This document shows, piece after piece, positions 25,580 to 39,370 of a DNA stretch of 64,000 nt. Numbering within the stretch: position 1 is the stretch's first letter; every line of letters starts with the position of its first letter. This DNA is from Octopus vulgaris (lineage: Eukaryota): contig OX597828.1 of NCBI GenBank assembly GCA_951406725.2, positions 13,516,001 through 13,580,000 on the forward strand, written 5' to 3'. A program made the translations under genes and the position numbers. Below the pieces are notes generated by a model that searched no databases, had not been told where the DNA came from, and worked only from the letters and a program-made list of their open reading frames with translations.

Positions 25580-26570
25580 GGTGGTGAGCTGGCAGAAACG
25601 TTAGCACGCCGGGCGAAATGTTTAGCAGTATTTCGTCAGCCGCTATGTTCTGAGTTCAAATTCCGCCGAGGTCGACTTTGCCTTTCATCCTTTCGGGGTC
25701 AGTAAATTAAGTACCAGTTACGCACTGGAGTCGATATAATCGACTTAATCCGTTTGTCTGTCCTTGTTTGTCCTCACTGTGTTTAGCCCCTTGTGGGTAG
25801 TAAAGAAATAGGTAATGCTGCAGAGCTCTAGTTTTTTTTTCATCTAGTGTCAATGATAAAGCAATCACAGTGCCCAGACGGGGTCTTTATTTAGTCTCTC
25901 AATGATAAAATAACTTCGACTAAGTCCTGAAAGTGTTGTTGTTGTTGGCAGAAATGTTAGCACGCTGGGTGAAATGCTTAGCGGTATTTTGTCTGCCACT
26001 ACGTTTTGAGTTCAAATTCCGCCGAGGTCGACTTTGCCCTTCATCCTTTCGGGGTCCATTAAATAAGTACCAGTTACGCACTGGGGTCAATGTAATCGAC
26101 TTAATCCGTTTGTCTGTCTTTGTTTGTCCTCTCTGTGTTTAGCTCCTTGTGGGTAGTAAAGAAATAGGTATTTTGTCTGCTGCTACGTTCTGAGTTCAAA
26201 TTCCTCTGAGGTTGACTTTGCTTTTCATCCTTTCGGGGTCGATAAATAAAGTACCAGTTATGTGCTGGGGTCGATGTAATCGATTTAATCCCTTTGTCTG
26301 TCCTTGTTTGTCCCCTCTATGTTTAGCCCCTTGTGGGCAATAAAGAAATAAGAAACGTTAGCACATTGGGCGAAATGCTTAGCGGTATTTCGTCTGACGT
26401 TATGTTCTGAGTTCAAATTCCACTGAGGTAGACTTTGCCTTTCATCCTTTCAGGGTCGATAAATAAAGTACCAGTTACGCACTGGGGTCGATATAATCGA
26501 CTTAATCCTTTTGTCTGTCCTTGTATGTCCCCTCTATGTTTAGCCCCTTGTGGGCCAATAAATAAATAAG
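25580..26570 (+). mobile_element. Cluster of SINE family N (core gtcgactttgcctttcatcctttcggggtcgataaattaagtaccag, resembling the Nin domain), including head-to-tail multimers
   Basis: Four units here. Other copies at about 17011-17375(+), 29825-30048(+), 30980-31122(+), 36370-36590(-) and 50495-50910(-). Confidence 0.85.
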
Positions 26571-26869
26571 CGTAAAGCTTATTTATTCACATTGTTTTGA
26601 GTCAGTCATGCATCACCACACTGCTTTGAGTTTTCAATGATCAGATTGTTTATTTTTAGAATGACATTGTAGAGTAAGTGTGAGAGGCTGGATCTAGAAT
26701 ATTTTAGGCTGGGTATGGCTGTTTTAAATGCAAAAAGGGTTAAACATGGTAAATTTGTCTTCCTACTTTTCAATCCTCATGGCTCTCCCTCCATGAGAAA
26801 AAAATTAGGCTGAACAACAACAACTACTACTACTACTGCCACTGCCACTGCTGTTTGTTTGTTTGTTTG

Positions 26870-27258
26870 TTTGTTGAGCGAAGCGGTCTTTGTCCAAGAG
26901 CTCGCAAGATCGCGGCTCTGTAGTGGGAGAAGTCCGAAACATGCTCCTTTGCTTTTTGTAAGACTTGCAGAAGAGAAAGCAGGTCAACCTCCGACACCGA
27001 GAGCATCGACGGATGGATGAATGCGCATCCAGGCTCAGCGGTTGCGTAGGAAGTCGGGGACAAGAAACAGGAAGAAAGAGTGAGAGAAAGTTGGAACGAA
27101 AGAGTACAACAGGGGTCGCCACCACCCCCTGCCAGAGCCTCGTGGAGCTTTAGGTGTTTTCGCTCAATAAACACACACAACGCCCGGTCTGGGAATCGAA
27201 ACCACGATCCTCCAACCGCGAGACTGCTGCCCTAACCATTGGGCCATTGCGCCTCCAC
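26870..27258 (-). mobile_element. tRNA-derived SINE family C
   Basis: Head gaggcgcaatggcccaatggttagggcagc...ggtttcgattccc. Related copies at about 300-410(+), 33735-34028(+), 36238-36357(-) and 49570-49813(-). Confidence 0.8.
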
Positions 27259-27359
27259 TGCTGCTGCTGTTGCTACTAAATTGTTTTTGTCCAAATAAAG
27301 ATATATTTTCTAATTTTTCTTTCAATGAATTCTAGTTTAACAATGTTTGTTTCTTGCAG

Positions 27360-27436
27360 ATTTGGTGCATATCTGATTTTGAACTTTTACAATCAGTGAT
27401 TTCAAAGAAATTCCCACATTCCCACTATTTTCACAG
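27360..27436 (+). CDS. SMPD2: SMPD2-like exon 3 (IWCISDFELLQSVISKKFPHSHYFH-S)
   Basis: ttgcag acceptor, gtaaga donor. In frame with exon 2; the P-x-S-HYFHSG motif of nSMase1. Confidence 0.92.
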
Positions 27437-29335
27437 GTAAGAAAGTAGTTTTGTTTTTGTTGTTTGATGTGGAGGGAAGGCAGTGATCATGGTCCCTTTA
27501 TGGGTCTTGTAGGAAGGAAGGAGGAAGCTATTCTCATCTGGAGGTAGTAGTGTTAAACCAAGTGACTTGACCATCTAGTCAGACCCATGTTTCTCAACTA
27601 CCTTTTACCTATGAGCCCTTTTAATTCCTGTTTTATTCAGATGAACCTCACTCCCCAGCCATTTGATATTAAAAGAAAAAAAATCTATTATATTTCTCTT
27701 TTACTTGTTTCAGTCATTTGACTGTGGCCATGCTGGAGCACCGCCTTTAGTCAAGCAAATCAACCCCAGGACTTATTCTTTGTAAGCCTAGTACTTATTC
27801 TATCAGTCTCTTTTGCCGAACCGCTAAGTTACAGGGATATGAACACACCAGCATCGGTTGTCAAGCGATTTTGGGGGGACAAACACAGACACACAAACAC
27901 ACACATACACATATATAGACATATACATATATACGACGAGCTTCTTTTCAGTTTCCGTCTACCAAATCCACTCACAAGGCTTTGGTCAGCCCGAGGCTAT
28001 AATAGAAGACACTTGCCCAAGGTGCCATGCAGTGGGACTGAACCCAGGAATTATATAAAAATAATTCTTAAAATATTTTGTGTACTGTAAAAGTATAACT
28101 AATTTATTGCTGATAAATTAAAAAAAAAATATATATAGACCCCAGTTAAGGACCACTGTAGTGGACTTTATCTGGAGGGTGGAAAATATCCTCAACCAAA
28201 GGTTTGTCTGAATGCTTGTAATGGATTGGGCTCTGCCAAAAGATTCAAGGTACTACATGGTAGTGTTGACACTTTTGTTGCTAAATTTTCGTTGAAATAC
28301 ACTGCTCTAGTTTCAATTAATTTTGAAACCAATTAAGAATTTAATAAAACAACTTTGTCATTATCAAGCTGTTGCTTGGAACATAATTTAACCTAAAATT
28401 TTGGGTTTAAGGTTTTAATAACAACACTTCAAAACAGGAATTGGTATCATAGAAGCAGGGGCAGTCTCAGGTTGATATCAAAGATGTTAAACAAAGTGAT
28501 GGGTTACATCAATCATCCAAGTAGGCTGTATCTGGAAGGAGGAAAATAGTCTTCACAGGAGATCTGGTCTGAATGCTTCCCACATAATAGATTCTGCTAA
28601 AAGCACCCAAGTAATAGGTAGTGACATCAAACTGGGTGATAGACTAAGTTTACCTTCTAGTAGGCCATAGTAATATTTGAACACATAACACAAAAATCCA
28701 GAACAAACACCACAAGGCACCTGAAACAGTACTCTTGGATTGCCTGTGTTCAGTCCACTGCAGGATGAAGGCCGCATCATGTTCTCTCCAACAACCATGA
28801 TCTAATGTGGAAGCAGTGAATTTGAGCATGAGATCTTACTGGTTCGATGAGCCTACTCTGTCACACTGACTCAACATAGCCTGTCAGAGGGGTGTAGTTT
28901 TTATACTCATACCCAGGAGCAGTTAAGTCGACTACATTGATGCCAGTGCTCAACTGACACTTATTCTATTGACCCTGGAATGATGAACGGCAAAGTTGAC
29001 CTCAGTGGAATTTGAACTCAGAATGTAATGATGAACGAAATACTGCAAAGCATTTCACTTGGCATGCTAACGATTCTATCAGCTCTCCAATACTCTTACA
29101 GTTTTGTTAGTCCATTCCTCTGGACTAGTTTAGGCTTTAAGTCCTCCTGTGCTGCTCAATGACCTGGGCTGCAATTCTTGCACATCCATTCCAAGTAACA
29201 TATAATATCGACTGTCGTCAGATCATCTTTGAAATGTCCACTGCCAAGTGATTTTCAGCCTGCCCTTTTTATGCCTACCATCATGTGGTACCTAACTTTC
29301 GGCTGTTTTTGAGTGCTGTTGATTGGCTAAATCAG

Positions 29336-29596
29336 CAGTGGTTCTCAACTGGGGTCTGTATGACCCTTGGGGGTCCATGTAAGATTTTGTAGTTAAAATT
29401 TATGTGCAATCAATTAGTTATACTTCTACAATACACATAATAAATTCAACAATTTTCTGTATATAATTCCAAATGATATTCAATCTTAAAAATATAAGTG
29501 GATTTTTTAAACATTGAATAGTTATGGGGGTTCAGTGGTGTAAAACAAGGACCAAAGGGGTCCGTCCATAGGCAAAGAAATGGTTGAGAAACACTG
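29336..29596. mobile_element. hAT/Charlie-like MITE
   Basis: TIRs cagtggttctcaac ... gttgagaaacactg. Confidence 0.7.
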
Positions 29597-30942
29597 GGTT
29601 AGAAGGAGAATGTAGCTAGCCAGGCAGAATCGGTTCTCTGCTACAATCTTTTGTATTGGTTGTCACCTCACTCTTCTCAGAGTCTCCTTGTTTGTGACTC
29701 AGTCCTGCCAGTTGATTCTCAAGACGTTCCTGAAGTACCTTTGGTGAAATGCATTTAGTTTTCTGTTCGTCCTTTCTGTGCTTTTCCAAGTCTCTCTGGC
29801 ATGCATTAGTCAGTGGTGTAGCTAAGGCAAAAATGTTAGCACGCCGGGCGAAATGCTTACCGGTATTTCGTCTGCCGTTACGTTCTGAGTTCAAATTCCG
29901 CCGATGTCAACTTTGCCTTTCATCCTTTCGGGGTCGATAAATTAAGGACCAGTTACGCACTGGGGTCGATATAATCAACTTAATTCGTCTGTCTGTTCTT
30001 GTTTGTCTCCTCTGTGTTTAGCCCCTTGTGGGTAGTAAAGAAACAGGTGTAGCTAATAGTGAAGCAAGAAGAGCAACTGATCCCCTAGAGCACATTTTTC
30101 AAAATTGGTGCCTTTTCGACCCTTTACTTACCTATATCAGTAGTTGTAAGTTTCATACATAATGGCATTGTTACTGAAACATGAAACTAATGAGTGTAGA
30201 ATATAATTACGTATATTACAACTCATGAAATATTTCATGCCATATAAGAGAAATGAGTTAAACATTATTTGGTATGTGTCATGGCGCCATTTTTTTTATG
30301 TGCTTGCTTCCACTAACTTTAGAACCTGGTTTCACCTCTGATTGCAGTAGTCTTTAGTCTTTCAAATGGCTAATAATGTGTGCGTGCGCTGCTACTACAC
30401 AGATTGGAAAGCATTGTACAACCTAGCACTAAAAAAGGTCTTTCCTCCTCCATGAAACAAAGCTGTTCCCACTGGACGTCAACCCAGTATTTCTAAGCTA
30501 CGGACCGATTGATTTATTGTAAGGTTATCTCTCTAGACAGATTGCCTTCACTACGGCTAAGGAGCTCTTTCTACCCAACTGACACAAGTTGTACTGGTTT
30601 ACAGTTTACCCGTAGGAGGATCGGATTGCAGTAGGCAGAATACCAGAATTATCTTAGGCAAAATTTCACATCAGTGATGATGCTTGAAGACACTCAGGTG
30701 GGATGCATATGCAGGAACATTGCTGTTGTCTTTCCAATCATAAAGTCTGTGTCAAGTTTCCTCTGGATTGGTACTTCTTATTTATCCTGAAAGGGGTGAA
30801 GGCAAAATGGACCTTGGCATAAATTGAACTTGGAACCAAGACTGTTGGGACAAATATTTCAAGGCATTCTGTCCAGTGTTCTAATGACCCTGCCAATTTG
30901 TCACTGACTTCTTACCATTCTGTTACTGGCACACACACCCAC

Positions 30943-30984
<42 letters not shown>

Positions 30985-31494
30985 ACTTTACCTTTCATCC
31001 TTTCGGGGTCGATAAATTAAGTACCAGTTATGCACTGGGGTCGATGTAATCGACTTAATCCCTTTGTCTGTCCTTGTTTGTCCCCTCTGTGTTTAGCCCC
31101 TTGTGGGTAGTAAAGAAATAGGGATTGACCAGATGGTTTACAGGTAGTGTACCAAAGATAATGCGATATGCCTGAGTCCAGATTGTGACTCCAGGCAAAA
31201 AGTTCAAATCCTACTGATACCAACTTTGTCATTCATCCTATCAGAGTCAATCAAACGATATAAAGTACTGGTCAAGTACTGGGCTTGGTGGTGTTGACTA
31301 ACCCCTCACTCTCTTTAAAATTACTGGCTATGAGCCAAGTCAAAATTAGAAGCTATCATTGTTTGTGCTGTTGTTGTCAATGATGATGATGATGGTGGTG
31401 GTGGTGGTGGCAATGATGATGATGATGACAGCAACAACGACAATGGTGATGATGATGCTGCTGTCAGTGTTGTTGTTGTTGTTATTATTATTAT

Positions 31495-32039
31495 TGAGTG
31501 TGAGAGCAGTGCATGCCATCAAAGTGACACTGGGGTAAAATATACGAAGCCCAGTATACCCATCATGACTACCTATCTGATAAGGGTACACTAAGCACAT
31601 GCATTACAACCATATGTGTGTGACATGGTGAACTCATATCAAGATAAACAGCACATGACCTTGCAGTTAGAATTTTCTTCAGGTTGAGAAGCCCATTCAG
31701 CTCAAATGGTCCCTGAATAAGGGTTGCTTTAGGATGTTGAACGAAACACCTATGTTTCCAGAGGTGAATTATTCAAACCCCAAAGAATTCCTCTCAGCAC
31801 ATGGCTATGATGTTCTCCCACTACTTCTGCTCATGATCAGAGATGCACATATCCTCAACCATTAAAGGACATGCTTAACTGGTTATGGTCTAACAACTGA
31901 TAAGCAAATCTGTGGTATTGTGCAGAATATTTGCTGTAGCCCATCTTTTATATCAAGACAAAACATGTACATGATGACACTTCCAGTCAGTTAATATCAA
32001 ATGACATGAGAGCCACTGCCTGGTACTGCATCAGGACAT
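31495..32039. mobile_element. Inverted copy of the ~560-bp trinucleotide-flanked repeat
   Basis: Reverse complement of 20126..20683, flanked by (TTA)n and (CAT)n. Confidence 0.85.
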
Positions 32040-32329
32040 TCATCATCCTTATCATCATCATCCTCATGATGATGATGATGATGATGCAGTAAGCTGGCAG
32101 AATCATTAGCATGTCGGGCAAAATGTTTTGTGTTATTTCGCCTGTCTTTATATTCTGAGTTCAAATTCTGCCAAGGTCAGCCTTGCCTTTCATCTTTTTG
32201 GGGCTGATAAATTAAGTAATAGTCAAATACTGGGGTCAATGTAAATGACTTATCCCCTCACCACAAATTTCAGGTCTTGTGCCTATAGTAGAAAGGATTA
32301 TTATTGTTGTTGTTATTGATATTTACTTA

Positions 32330-32715
32330 TAATCTGCATGTTTGTCACAATTACTTGTTGAGATACATCCAGCATCCTTGGGTGAGTGAAGGATAAGAGA
32401 TGTTACAGTATGACTGGAAGCTTGGGGTGGGGAAGTGGCAGGGGCAGTAGCGAAATATCTTCATGTAATGCAACACAGACATTTAAATTGATAGGGGTTT
32501 TCTAAGGATGTGGGCAGCACTTGTCAGCACAATCTTTTGGATTTCTGTGAGACATGGTTCTCCTGGGATGTTGTCTAGATGTTTCTGATATCCCTTTTTT
32601 TTAAATCACACCTAGGGCACTTACAATAACAGGAGCAGCTCTTGCTTTAAGATGCCTCATCTTTTGTATTTCAATTTCCAGGTCCTTATATTTACTGAAT
32701 TGAAAATTCTTTTAT
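32330..32715 (-). mobile_element. R4/Dong-type non-LTR element 3' fragment
   Basis: Minus strand reads KYKDLEIEIQKM...PVIVSALGVI...IPG...EIQKIVLTSAAHILRK (restriction-like endonuclease C-terminus). Confidence 0.8.
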
Positions 32716-32834
32716 GGATATATTTTTATCAGTGGGAACACTTACATCTATTAGTCTACAAATATTTCCTTCTCTGCTTTTAATAATTATCATCATCATT
32801 TCTTATAATGTTGCTTTATGTAATTTATATACAG

Positions 32835-33018
32835 TGGCAGCATTGGCAGTGGTATGTGTGTCTTTACAAAACATCCAATCAAGGATGCTCTCTACTTCAA
32901 TTATCGACTAAACGGCTACGCACATAAGATACAACACGGTGACTGGTTTGCTGGCAAAGGAGTTGGCCTTATCAAAGTTGAAGTCAGTGGCATAATGATC
33001 AATATCTACACAACACAT
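32835..33018 (+). CDS. SMPD2: SMPD2-like exon 4 (GSIGSGMCVFTKHPI...NGYAHKIQHGDWFAGKGVG...NIYTTH)
   Basis: acag acceptor, gtaagt donor. Contains the HGDWFxGKxVG P-loop-like signature of nSMase1/ISC1. Confidence 0.95.
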
Positions 33019-34748
33019 GTAAGTCTGGCTGAAAGTTTTAGCACTTTATGTTTATTTTTTTAAAATTTTTTTTTTTTCTTAAAACAATTTTTTGGTTTGG
33101 TTACAAGAGAAAAGACAGCATTTCCATAACCTTTGGGAGAGAAGTGGTTTTGATTGGCTGTGTGGTAAGTAGCTTGCTTACCAACCACATGGTTCTGGGT
33201 TCAGTCCCACTGCGTGGCACTTTGAGCCTTATGCATGATTGGTGTAAGGATTACAAACAAGCACTACAAAATATTTTATCGTATGCCTTAAAATCTCTGC
33301 CAGTCTACCATCTTTGGAACTAACCTGATCCAGAACTTAAACAAAACCAACAACAACAGCAACACACATGATGTGGCTTCTTCCTCCTCTCCATACTTCC
33401 TCACCTCCCTTATCGGAATGAGATGAGTGCGAATCACTTTTTGGACTCTGCCAAATTGGCTCAGCTGACTGGGTGTTAAATCTGCTTTGGTGAGAGTACT
33501 TTTTGGCACTGGAGGTAAACAGACACACACACACATGCAGAAATATAAACATATAGAGAAAGAGAGTGAGAGGAGGAGACATTACAATTTACTGATAAGG
33601 CAGAGGCTGGCTGTATGGTAAGAAGTTTGCTTTCTGACCACATGGTTATGGGTTCAATCTCACAGATGTCTTCTGCTATAACCTCAAGCTGACCAAAGCC
33701 TTTTCAGTGATTTTGGTAAATGTAAACTGAAAGAGGAGGCACAATGGCCCAGTGGTTAGGGCAGCAGACTTGCGGTTTCGATTCCCAGACCGGGCATTGT
33801 GTATGTTTATTGAGCGAAAACACCTAAAGCTCCACGAGGCTCTGGCAGGGGGTAGTGGTGACCCCTGTTGTACTCTTTTGGCCCAACTTTCTCTCACTCT
33901 TTCTTTCTGTTTCTAGAATAATGCTGCAACGGACTGGCGTCCCGTCCAACTGGGGGGGGGGGGCACATATGCCACAGAAACCAGGAAACTGGTCCCATGA
34001 GCCTGGCTAGGCTTCAAAAGGGCGCATAAATAAAAATAAATAAATAAAAACTGAAAGAAGCTTGTTGTATGCTTGTATGAGTGTGTGTGCGTGTATGTAT
34101 ATACATGTGTGTGTGAATGTATGGGTATGAGTGTGCATGTTTGTGTCTCCTTGTCTTGCCATCATATGATGGTTGTAAATGAGTCCCATTGTCATACAAG
34201 TGGTGTCATTCATTTCCAATATTCTGCAAGAACATATCTAGCCATGTGTAAATATTAACTTGCTTCAAAACAGGTGAGGGTTGGCAACAGGAAGAGCATC
34301 CAGCCACAGAAGAGCAAGTTGCCATCTGCCTCAATAAAGCCCTGTGTAACCCACACAAGCATGGAAAAGTAGACATTAAAAATGATGATGATGGTGATGA
34401 TGATCATGATGATGATGACGACGATGATGATGATGATGATGCTTGAATATGATTGGCATAAACACTTTCTCCTCTTCTCATACACATAAACAGAAAGACA
34501 GAGAGGGGAGGGGGAGGGAAGAGAGAGAAAGAGAGGAGGAGGGGAGAGAGAGAAAGAGAGGGGAGGTAAGAGAGAGAAAGAGAGGAAGAAGGGAGAGAAA
34601 GAGAGTGGGAGGAGGGGGAAGGGTAGAGAGAAAGAGAGGGAGAGAAAAGAAAGAGAGTGAAAAAGAAAAGCATTAAAACATCTGATGCCAAATAAATCAA
34701 CATCGCATCAGCAATGCCAAATAGGTGGCGCCAGAACACCTTGTACTC

Positions 34749-35156
34749 TTTTACTCTTTTACTTGTTTCAGTCATTTTACTGCGGCCATGCTGGAGCACC
34801 ACCTTTAGTCGTGCAATTCGACCCTAGGACTTATTCTTTGTAAGCCTGGTACTTATTCTATCGGTCTCTTTTGCCAAACCGCTAAGTTACGGGGACGTAA
34901 ACACACCAGCATCAGTTGTCAAGTGTTGTGGGGGGGGAGCAAACACAGACACACAAGCATATACACAAATATATATATATATATACATATATACGATGGG
35001 CTTCTTTCAGTTTCCGTCTACCAAATCCACTCACAAGGCTTTGGTTGGCCCGAGGCTATAGTAGAAGACACTTGCCCAAGGTGCCATGCAGTGGGACTGA
35101 ACCCGGAACCATGTGGTTGGTAAGCAAGCTACTTACCACACAGCCACTCCTGCACC
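34749..35156 (-). mobile_element. SINE family A, full-length copy in SMPD2 intron 4
   Basis: Reverse complement of 1219..1635. Confidence 0.9.
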
Positions 35157-35174
35157 TATAATCATTATTATTAT

Positions 35175-35395
35175 TAACAAGCAGATTTGAGAAATGTGTT
35201 GGAGGAATTAGGATTGACATGAAGATAGAATATGGTCAGAAAACTGCTTTATTGGGGACAGTGAAGATTTTGAGACAGTACTTGGGTGTTAAGTATCATG
35301 TGATCTTTGACAACAGGTTGTTGTCTGCTTTTACAGTATCTGCTGGAGCAAGTGAAATCAAGGGTTTTGAGAAGTAAAATGTGCAACAATAATTA
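35175..35395 (+). mobile_element. R4/Dong-type 3' end fragment
   Basis: QKTALLGTVKILRQYL at about 35237, flanked by TTA/AAT repeats. Confidence 0.65.
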
Positions 35396-35458
35396 TAATA
35401 ACATTTATATTATAATAATTATAATAATATATTATAATATATTATAATTTATAGTGTG

Positions 35459-35795
35459 AAGGCGCATGGCTCAGTGGTTAGAGCGTCGAGCTTACGATCG
35501 TGAGGTTGTGAGCTTGAATCCCGGACCGGGCTGCGTGTTGTGTTCTTGAGCAAGGCACTTTATTTCACGTTGCTCCAGTTCACTCAGCTGTAGAAATGAG
35601 TTGCGACGTCACTGGTGCCAAGCTGTATCGACCTTTGTCTTTCCCTTGGATAACACTGGTGGCGTGGAGAGGGGAGGCTGGTATGCATGGGCGACTGCTG
35701 GTCTTCCATAAACAACCTTGCCCGGACTTGTGTGTAGGAGGGTAACTTTCTAGGTGCAATCCCATGGTCATTCATGACCGAAGGGGGTCTTTACT
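35459..35795 (+). mobile_element. tRNA-derived SINE family B
   Basis: Head ggcgcatggctcagtggttagagcg...gaatcccgg. Copies at 52073-52410(+) and 61268-61612(-). Confidence 0.88.
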
Positions 35796-35920
35796 CTTTA
35801 TAATTTATAATATATTATAATATATAATATATTATAATAATATATTATAATAATATTTATATTATAATAATTATTTTTTTAAATAAATATACTGTCTGAA
35901 CTCTTTGTATTTTGTTTCAG

Positions 35921-36124
35921 ATCCATGCAGAGTATAGTGATATTAATGACGAATATTTCACCCATCGCTTGATCCAGTCGTTTCAACTTAGCCAGTTTAT
36001 AAAGCAGACTTCAGAGAAATGTGATGTTGTCTTTGTTGGTGGAGACTGTAATATGGAACCAAAGTCCCTCAGTTACAAAATCCTTACTACCAATGCCATG
36101 TTAAATGATGCATGGTTGAAAAAG
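35921..36124 (+). CDS. SMPD2: SMPD2-like exon 5 (IHAEY...HRLIQ...VGGDCNMEP...LNDAWLKK)
   Basis: tttcag acceptor, gtcagt donor. Contains HAEY, the catalytic GDxN and LxDAW. Confidence 0.95.
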
Positions 36125-37112
36125 GTCAGTGTAAATTTGTGTCTCCTAGTTTGGAAAATTTACTTCTTGACATAATTTGTTTTCTTCTTTTTCTTCTTTT
36201 TTTGTTGCTGTTTTTTTAGATATGAGTGTGCCTGACCTCATGGAGCTTTTAGGTGTTTTCGCTCAATAAACACACACAATGCCCGGTCTGGGAATCAAAA
36301 CCATGATCCTCTGACTGCGAGACCGCTGCCCTAACCACTGGGCCATTGCACCTCCACACGCACATATATATATTTCTTTACTACCCACAAGGGGCTAAAC
36401 ACAGAGGGAACAAACAAGGACAGACAAAGGGGATTAAGTCGATTACATCGACCCCAGTGCGTAACTGGTACTTAATTTATCGACCCCGAAAGGATGAAAG
36501 GCAAAGTTTACCTCGGCGGAATTTGAACTCGGAACGTAACGACAGGCGAAATACGGCTACGCATTTCGACCGGCGTGGTAACGTTTCTGCCATATATATG
36601 TATGTATGTATGTACATACGTACGTAGGTATGTATGTGTGTATGTATGTATGATTATATGCACTCCACAGATATGCATACCCTTAATGTAGTCCCCAAGG
36701 TGATTCAGTATGACTCAGAATGTGACATGGCTGGCTCTTTGACTTACAGGTACAAACTATAGTCATGATCAATGCTAGTGTCACATAACAGGCACCTGTG
36801 CTGGTGGCACGTAAAAACCACCCTTTGAACTTGGGGCCTCACGGAGGCAATGGTAATTAACTGAGACCTTTGGCAATATGCTGTGTGTGAGAAGCTTTGT
36901 CATGCCAAGTGAAAGCATAAACTGCTCTTCAAAACTGTGAAGCCATAGCACTGTCTGTCTTTTCCTGGTGAACTATACGACCCAAATTCATGAAACTCAC
37001 TTCTTGAAAGGAAATGGAATAGAAGAAGGCATCGCAATATTCATATCTATTGAAATCCAAAAATAAATTAGATAATAATTTTAAAAAAACACATACAGAG
37101 TCAGAAAGCTCC

Positions 37113-37517
37113 GGATCTTTTCAGTTTGAACAGCAGTTTTTTCTAGCGGTGTCATATGAAATTGTCACCCATAATTATGACCCTAGTATCGATCTATTGC
37201 ATTTCAATCTGTTTTAGGGTTAGGGTTAGTTAGGGTTGGGGGTGGGGGAAGGGTATCTTTTTTTCTTCAGAAATGTAAATAAACCCATATTCATACGGCA
37301 CAGAATGTTTTCACCTCAATACACGTCATTGATTGGTTGAAATTGCAGAAATTGAAGAAAAAACAACAACAATTATATAACAAACTATAGAATTTTCTCA
37401 ATAAAGCCAAGAGAAAAAGATGTTTTATAAACGCATTCTACCAGTATACCAAGTTTAAAAGTGTTTAGTTACGTGGAAATTATTTAAAAAAAACTGCCGT
37501 TCAAACCGTAAAGATCC
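37113..37517. mobile_element. Same MITE, copy 3 (opposite orientation)
   Basis: Reverse complement of copy 1; perfect 8-bp TSD AAAGCTCC. Confidence 0.88.
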
Positions 37518-37624
37518 AAAGCTCCTGTTCAAAACTATAATGCTAGCTTGAATAATATTGCAAAAATGATGCAAAGTAGGGAAATTATGATATATTTCAA
37601 TGGTATTCTCATGCGATACATCAA

Positions 37625-38580
37625 CAATAGTATGTCTGACCACCACCTTTCTGGATTACTTCCAAGACATACGATTTCATGCTCCCAGTCAACTTCTGCA
37701 GCAGATCAAGTGAACACTCTTCCCAGGCCTTCTTTATTGTCATTTCAAGTTCATCAACAGATGAATAATACCTGCCTTCACTGTACACAACATTCATGTG
37801 ATGTCCCCAGGCCTTCTCTACAGTATTAAGGTCGGGACTTCTTGCTAGCCATGGTTTTACTTCAACCCCATTTGCCTGGAGGAAATCCAAAGTTGTCTTT
37901 GCTTTATGAATAGGAGCATTGTCCTATTTAAATATGAAGCTCTTACCATGGAGCCTTCTTCCTTCTTTGTCAATGAAAGCCCTGTTCAACATATTGATGT
38001 ATCATGCAGCACCGAAATGGCCATCCATGATGACAAGTGGCAGCTTCCCATTGGCAGATATTGCTCCCTACACCATAAGACCTCCTCCACTGTTCTACAA
38101 CTTGGAATAAGTAGAATTTTGTATATATTTATCTGCCTGGTATTACTTACAGCCGTTGGATCCATCCAAATTCCATTTTTTTCTCATCAGAGAACAGGAC
38201 CCTAGTCCATTCAGTATCCTACATCTGATGCTGCTGATTCAAACTCCAATCTAACAGTTTTGTAGGAAAGGGACAATAACAGACATCCTAGCTGCTTCTT
38301 CAGGTGGAAACCATGGTTCGAAATCACCCTTCTTATGGTAGATGTCAAGGTTCCTAATCCTGCTGATGCCTTAATTTTGGAAATAGCTCTGACAATGCCC
38401 CTTTCATCCCTTTCTGATGTAGCTTTGAGATGTCCACCAGCACGAACCCTGTTGTGGCCAGCAGGATCTTTCAGAAAATTATCCACTGGTGTTCTGCTTC
38501 ACCGAATCTTCCAGTTACTCATTCCTTCTGCTTTCAGTGTAAGAATCTTCCTTTGCTCAATTTCAGAAAACTTTACTTTA
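37625..38580 (-). mobile_element. Decayed Tc1/Tc3-type transposase
   Basis: Minus-strand fragments FSDEKKWNLDGSNG (about 38150-38195) and WLARSPDLNTVEKAWG...IKKAWEE...GGQTYY, with frameshifts and stops. Confidence 0.85.
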
Positions 38581-39006
38581 TAGCTTTAGGCTTATTGGAA
38601 TTGTAATCTGGATTATGGAGAATGCTATTGAGTTTATTAGTTTCCAAAACATTCTGGAAAGGGATGAAAATGTATTCATGGCTTTATGATTTTGAATTGT
38701 TGATATGCTAGAGAAAATTGGAAAATCAGGTGTTGTAATGTGATAAGAAAGATACAAGGTTTACATTTCAAAGTATTCACGAAATACTCCTTTACAATAT
38801 ATTATGCTCTTTAGTCTACTTAAATACAGAGTTAAATTTCTAAATAACTTAAAATAACATGTGGCTAACCCTTAAGGGTGGATGCTACTGTAGCTTGTAG
38901 CTCTAGGAGAACACCTCCAGCTGGCTATTGACGCACTTTCTGTGCCCTATCAGTATTTGCAAAGGGAAACCATCCTTCCCATCTTCAACCTGACATGATA
39001 CGCACG

Positions 39007-39102
<96 letters not shown>

Positions 39103-39370
39103 ATGGATGGAAAGACAAATATCTTTTATCTTTTAGCTGTTTCAATCATTTGTCTGTGGGAAATCACCTTGAAGGGTTTTAGTCGCACTAGTACTTATTT
39201 TTTAAATCCTAATACTTATTCTAAGTTATGGAGATGTAAACAAACCACACCAGTTGGTTGTCAAGTGGCGGTGTGAGACATACACAGAGAAACGTACACA
39301 CATGCATACATACGCACACATACATGTATACCAGGCTTCCATTCAGTTTCTATCTACGAAATTCATGAAA

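Noticed and set aside
35459-35535. Possible tRNA gene
   Set aside because: It has A/B boxes but no proper acceptor stem, and it continues into a SINE body repeated at 52073 and 61268.
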